From positions 130,870 through 194,869 of the forward strand of contig CAVYVY010000024.1 of NCBI GenBank assembly GCA_963772145.1: a stretch of DNA of 64,000 bases, given 5' to 3'. The stretch comes from an uncultured bacterium (GTDB taxonomy: Bacteria > Krumholzibacteriota > Krumholzibacteriia > LZORAL124-64-63). Position numbers and translations under genes: made by a program. The notes under the pieces were generated by a model. The model did no database searches and was not told the origin of the DNA. It was given only the letters and a program-made list of their open reading frames with translations. Positions 61,024-64,000 of this stretch are shown here, one piece after another (positions within the stretch are counted from its first letter, which is position 1; the number at the start of each line of letters is the position of its first letter).

Positions 61024-62163
61024 ATGTATACACGCCGCTTTGCTGCCCCCGGACAGAGCTACTTCCTTCTTGGGCCGCGGGGCTGCGGTAAGACCACCTG
61101 GTTGCGCGCCACTTTCAAGGACGCATACTTCGTCGATCTCCTCTCAGAAGACCGCTTTCAACGACTGCTCGTCGATCCGGGTCGGTTCGCCGACGAATTG
61201 AGGGCGGTCCCGCCAGGCCGGTGGGTGGTGCTCGACGAGGTCCAGCGTCTGCCGGCTCTCCTCAACGAGGTGCAGCGTTTCATCGAGGAGAAGCGGCTGC
61301 AGTTCGTTCTCTGCGGTTCGAGCGCGCGCAAGCTGAAGCGCGCGGGCGTGAACCTGCTTGCCGGCCGCGCCCTGCGGCGGGCGATGCATCCGTTCGTTCC
61401 CGAGGAACTCGGCGACAACTTCGACCTCGAGACGGCGCTGACCGAGGGTCTCCTGCCGCTCGTGTGGGATTCCTCCGACCGTGCCGAGACGCTCACCGCC
61501 TACGGTCAACTCTACCTCAAGGAGGAAATCCAGGCCGAGGCCGTCGTCCGCAATCTCCCCGGATTCGCGCGCTTCCTGCCGATCGCGGCGCTCTGCCACG
61601 GGCAGACCATGAACATCACCAATATCGCCCGAGAGGCAGGCGTCGCGCGGACGACGGTCGCGGGTTATCTCGACATCCTCGAGGAGACGTTACTTTGCTT
61701 CCGTGTGCCCGGCTTCGAGCCGAAGCTACGCCTTCGCGAACGCAAGCTTCCCAAATGGTACTGGTGCGACCCCGGCATCGTGCGCGCGATGCGGCGCTCT
61801 CACGGTCCGCTGGTCCCCGAGGAACGCGGCGCCCTGTTCGAAGGTCTGGTCGCGCAACTCCTGCGCGCCTACCGCGACTACACCGGATTTTGCGACGATA
61901 TTACTTACTGGTCCGCCGAGCGCCGCACCACAGAGGTCGACTTCGTCCTTACCCGCGGCGAACAGCACCTTGCCATCGAGGCCAAATCGGGCACCGCCTT
62001 CTCCGACCGCTGGTGCCAGGGATTGCGGGCGATCGCCCCGCTGCCCGGCCTCACTCGCCGCCTCATCGTCTATCCGGAAGGCCCCCGGCTCATGACCGAA
62101 GACGGCATCGAGGTCCTGTCGTTCGCGACCCTCGCCAAGATGCTGGCCGCCGGCGAGTTGTAG
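61024..62163 (+). CDS. AAA+ ATPase with C-terminal DUF4143 domain (AAA_14/DUF4143 family)
   Basis: GGGAG RBS 6 nt before ATG 61024 (the ORF track starts at 61012). Walker A LLGPRGCGKTT. Walker B VVLDEVQRLP. DUF4143-like YGQLYLKEEI...ARFLPIAALCHGQTMNITNIARE...YWCDPGI...EVDFVL. Intact, in a lower-GC patch. Confidence 0.75.
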   Translation: MYTRRFAAPGQSYFLLGPRGCGKTTWLRATFKDAYFVDLLSEDRFQRLLVDPGRFADELRAVPPGRWVVLDEVQRLPALLNEVQRFIEEKRLQFVLCGSSARKLKRAGVNLLAGRALRRAMHPFVPEELGDNFDLETALTEGLLPLVWDSSDRAETLTAYGQLYLKEEIQAEAVVRNLPGFARFLPIAALCHGQTMNITNIAREAGVARTTVAGYLDILEETLLCFRVPGFEPKLRLRERKLPKWYWCDPGIVRAMRRSHGPLVPEERGALFEGLVAQLLRAYRDYTGFCDDITYWSAERRTTEVDFVLTRGEQHLAIEAKSGTAFSDRWCQGLRAIAPLPGLTRRLIVYPEGPRLMTEDGIEVLSFATLAKMLAAGEL

Positions 62164-62270
62164 AAGCGATCTCCCGGTAAGGTGCTGCAGTTCGCTCGGT
62201 GCGCGACCGGAAGGGAATAGTCATTCCAACCGCACATTCCCCCCACCGCAGCCTCTCCTGGAGTGGCATC

Positions 62271-62585
62271 TCAGTTTCCCATCGCCAGAGGAGTCAGCGG
62301 CTGGTTGGGTGACATCCGCATCACACGGGCAACAATCGTTCCCGGCGGGAAGTGACAGACCGAGATGGAAAGTCCCGTGGTGTCTGCCAGTCGCTGCAGT
62401 TCCAGCTTCCACAGTTTCAGCCGTGGTCCGTTGCTGCCGCCATCATCGGCGGTGATCAAGATGTCCTTCGCTGCGGGATACAGACACCGGCCTTCGTGCC
62501 GCCACCTGCCGGTGATGGACGCTACCGCGAAGGCGGCGGTGTCGTGGTCCGTCCCCACATTCACGAAGCCCGTGACCGAACCCAC
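62271..62585 (-). mobile_element. Internal fragment of an ISAzo13-family (DDE_Tnp_ISAZ013) transposase, truncated at both ends
   Basis: GFVNVGTDHDTAAFAVASI...YPAAKDILITADDGGSNGPRLKLWKLELQRLADTTGLSISVCHFPPGT matches the central conserved block of that family as I recall it. Similarity stops after PPGT and there is no N-terminal half. Confidence 0.6.
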
Positions 62586-62632
62586 TTCGATGACTCAGGC
62601 ATCTCGGTGCACAGAAAGGCCCGCCAAATGCA

Positions 62633-63678
62633 TCAAGACACGCGACGCCACCGCGCCCCGCGTCCGCGACCATCCAGCAGTACGAGGCCCTCGTCCCGCA
62701 TGGCGGCCAATTCCCGCTTGATCGTCGGTAAGCTGACGCCGGGGCATTGGGCCTTGATGTCCGCCAAGGCGAACGGCCCGACCATGCGCGCAACCGCTTC
62801 GCGGACGAGCGCGGCCCTGCTGCCGCCTCCGCGATTCAATGCACCGACACGCTCGGTGAACTCAGAGTAGGCCCGCAGCAGAACACCCCAGAAGTAGTCC
62901 AGCCAGGGGTGCGGATCGTGGCGGCATTCATGCCACTGGCGCGAGCTTCGTGCGAGCGCCTCGTAGTACGTTTCCTTCGATTCCTCGATGACACGCTCGA
63001 GACTGATGTACCGGCCCACCTGGTGACCCATTCGGTAGAGCAGAAGCAGGGTCAGCAACCGCGACACACGGCCATTGCCATCGACGAAGGGGTGGATGCA
63101 CAGGAAGTCGAGAACGGCCAGGGGCGCCACGACCAGTCCGGGCCGTTCTTCACCATCAGGGCACGGCGCAGGCCGGATGTCAGGTCCTCCATGGCCTGCG
63201 GCGTGGCCACGGCCGGCACGGGTTTGAATCGCACGCGCAGCACACCAGTGGGATCGCGTTCGACGACTTCGTTGTCCACCATCTTCCAGTTGCCGCCGGG
63301 CTGCGGCAGGTAGCGATACATGGTCGCGTGGAGTTGACGGATGACGTTTGCCGTCACGTCCATGTCGGCGGCCGCATCGTGGATCAGGGCCAGAACATCG
63401 CGATATCCGGCAATCTCCTGTTCCGACCGGTTGTCCGGTGTCGTGTGTTCGATCACGATGCCCTGAATGCGCTTGCGGGGCGCCTGGATTCCCTCGATCC
63501 AGTTGGACGACTCGGCCGATTCGACCTGGGCGATCCTGCGCATCGTCTTGAGCACTTCCGGCAAACGCTCGGCGTAGAGGGCCTGCTTGCCCTGATATTC
63601 ACCGATGCGATGCAGCGTCTCGAGCTGCAGCGCCGAGAACTGCAAACTGTCGAGGTAATTGCCAGCCAAGGAATGCAC
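62633..63678 (-). CDS. Fic/DOC-family protein (class II, with N-terminal inhibitory motif) with C-terminal wHTH, one frameshift near 63150
   Basis: Fic motif HPFVDGNGRVSR (ORF 62633-63130). The N-terminal helix ESAESSNWIEG fits [ST]xxxE[GN] (ORF 63052-63678). The C-terminus LPTIKRELAAMRDEGLVLLDGRGRGARW is wHTH-like. Confidence 0.8.
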
Positions 63679-63845
63679 TAGGGGCTCCTTTCAGCGTCTC
63701 CGAATTGGCTCACTCCGCCTTTTTGAGATCATTTTATATGACATGGAGCCATTTGTCTAATTTTTTGGCTCATTGAACTCAAATAATGTTCAATTATGGC
63801 CCCCGTGATCCCATTCCTCTCGCCAGGCCATCAGGGCCTCGGTAG

Positions 63846-64000
63846 CCACTGGCGCCGGGCGCAATTGAGGCGCCAACCCCCCTCCGCCTGGCGGCGGCCC
63901 GCTGCTGGGCGCTGCTGCTGGCGCGGATCTACGAATGTTTCCCTCTGACCTGCCCCAAATGCGGAAAACCAATGCGGATCATCGCCTTCGTGCTGGAGCG
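63846..64000 (+). mobile_element. C-terminal fragment of an IS91-like (Y2) transposase, 5'-truncated and running off the right edge
   Basis: The frame opens after TAG 63843-63845. The translation ...WALLLARIYECFPLTCPKCGKPMRIIAFVLE matches the conserved W..LL.R+...D.L.CP.CGG.M+IIA tail, as I recall it for IS91-family transposases. Confidence 0.45.

Overview
This is 64 kb of a very GC-rich bacterial chromosome (by eye roughly 70% G+C; not computed). It probably comes from a metagenome-derived, FCB/Gemmatimonadota-like lineage. That guess rests only on a FlgD/T9SS-type C-terminal sorting domain on a giant secreted protein. I can support about 50 protein genes, 5 tRNAs and one tRNA fragment.

Gene order, left to right:
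- TetR-OMF-MFP-RND efflux operon (-).
- An AT-rich islet holding a self-contained promoter/RBS/terminator unit for a 62-aa His-rich peptide.
- A membrane-anchored hypothetical protein and an OM beta-barrel.
- A 47-nt tRNA-Lys 3'-half fragment, then a decayed second copy of the peptide unit.
- A YidE-type transporter.
- A secreted-protein cluster: TPR lipoprotein, a Big_2/cohesin protein, and a ~1430-aa beta-helix/dockerin-like/T9SS-CTD protein.
- An AmmeMemoRadiSam operon (Tat-signal radical SAM, Memo-AMMECR1, membrane spermidine-synthase-like protein), then DinB.
- A low-GC islet (integrase remnant, AlbA_2/ATPase) abutting tRNA-Lys(CTT).
- nth, ssb, and tRNA-His/Arg/Pro.
- amidase-gerM-murI-rph-rdgB, smpB and tRNA-Leu.
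- Assorted metabolic and signalling genes: phosphodiesterase, CHAT-like protein, IMPase, PDZ-GAF-PP2C phosphatase, TPR protein, archaeal-type GAPDH, HNH, HAD-IG nucleotidase, GT2-TPR, SpoU-DUF116-UbiA, add, and a second OMP.
- A long minus-strand operon: pduS-like / pduT-like BMC shell protein / glcD-E fusion / glcF / sahR-like regulator / ahcY, divergent from etfBA.
- A low-GC mobile patch: DUF4143 ATPase, ISAzo13 relic, class-II Fic, IS91-like relic.

Main caveat: about 28 of the ~50 CDS, including essential ssb, smpB, murI and ahcY, are broken by one or more frame changes. Several breaks sit at G/C homopolymers. I read these as assembly indel errors, not real pseudogenes, so the boundaries of those genes are approximate.

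The items most worth follow-up are the orphan PduS/PduT-GlcDEF-ETF module, the exported-looking AmmeMemoRadiSam operon, and the duplicated His-rich peptide unit linked to tRNA-Lys fragments.
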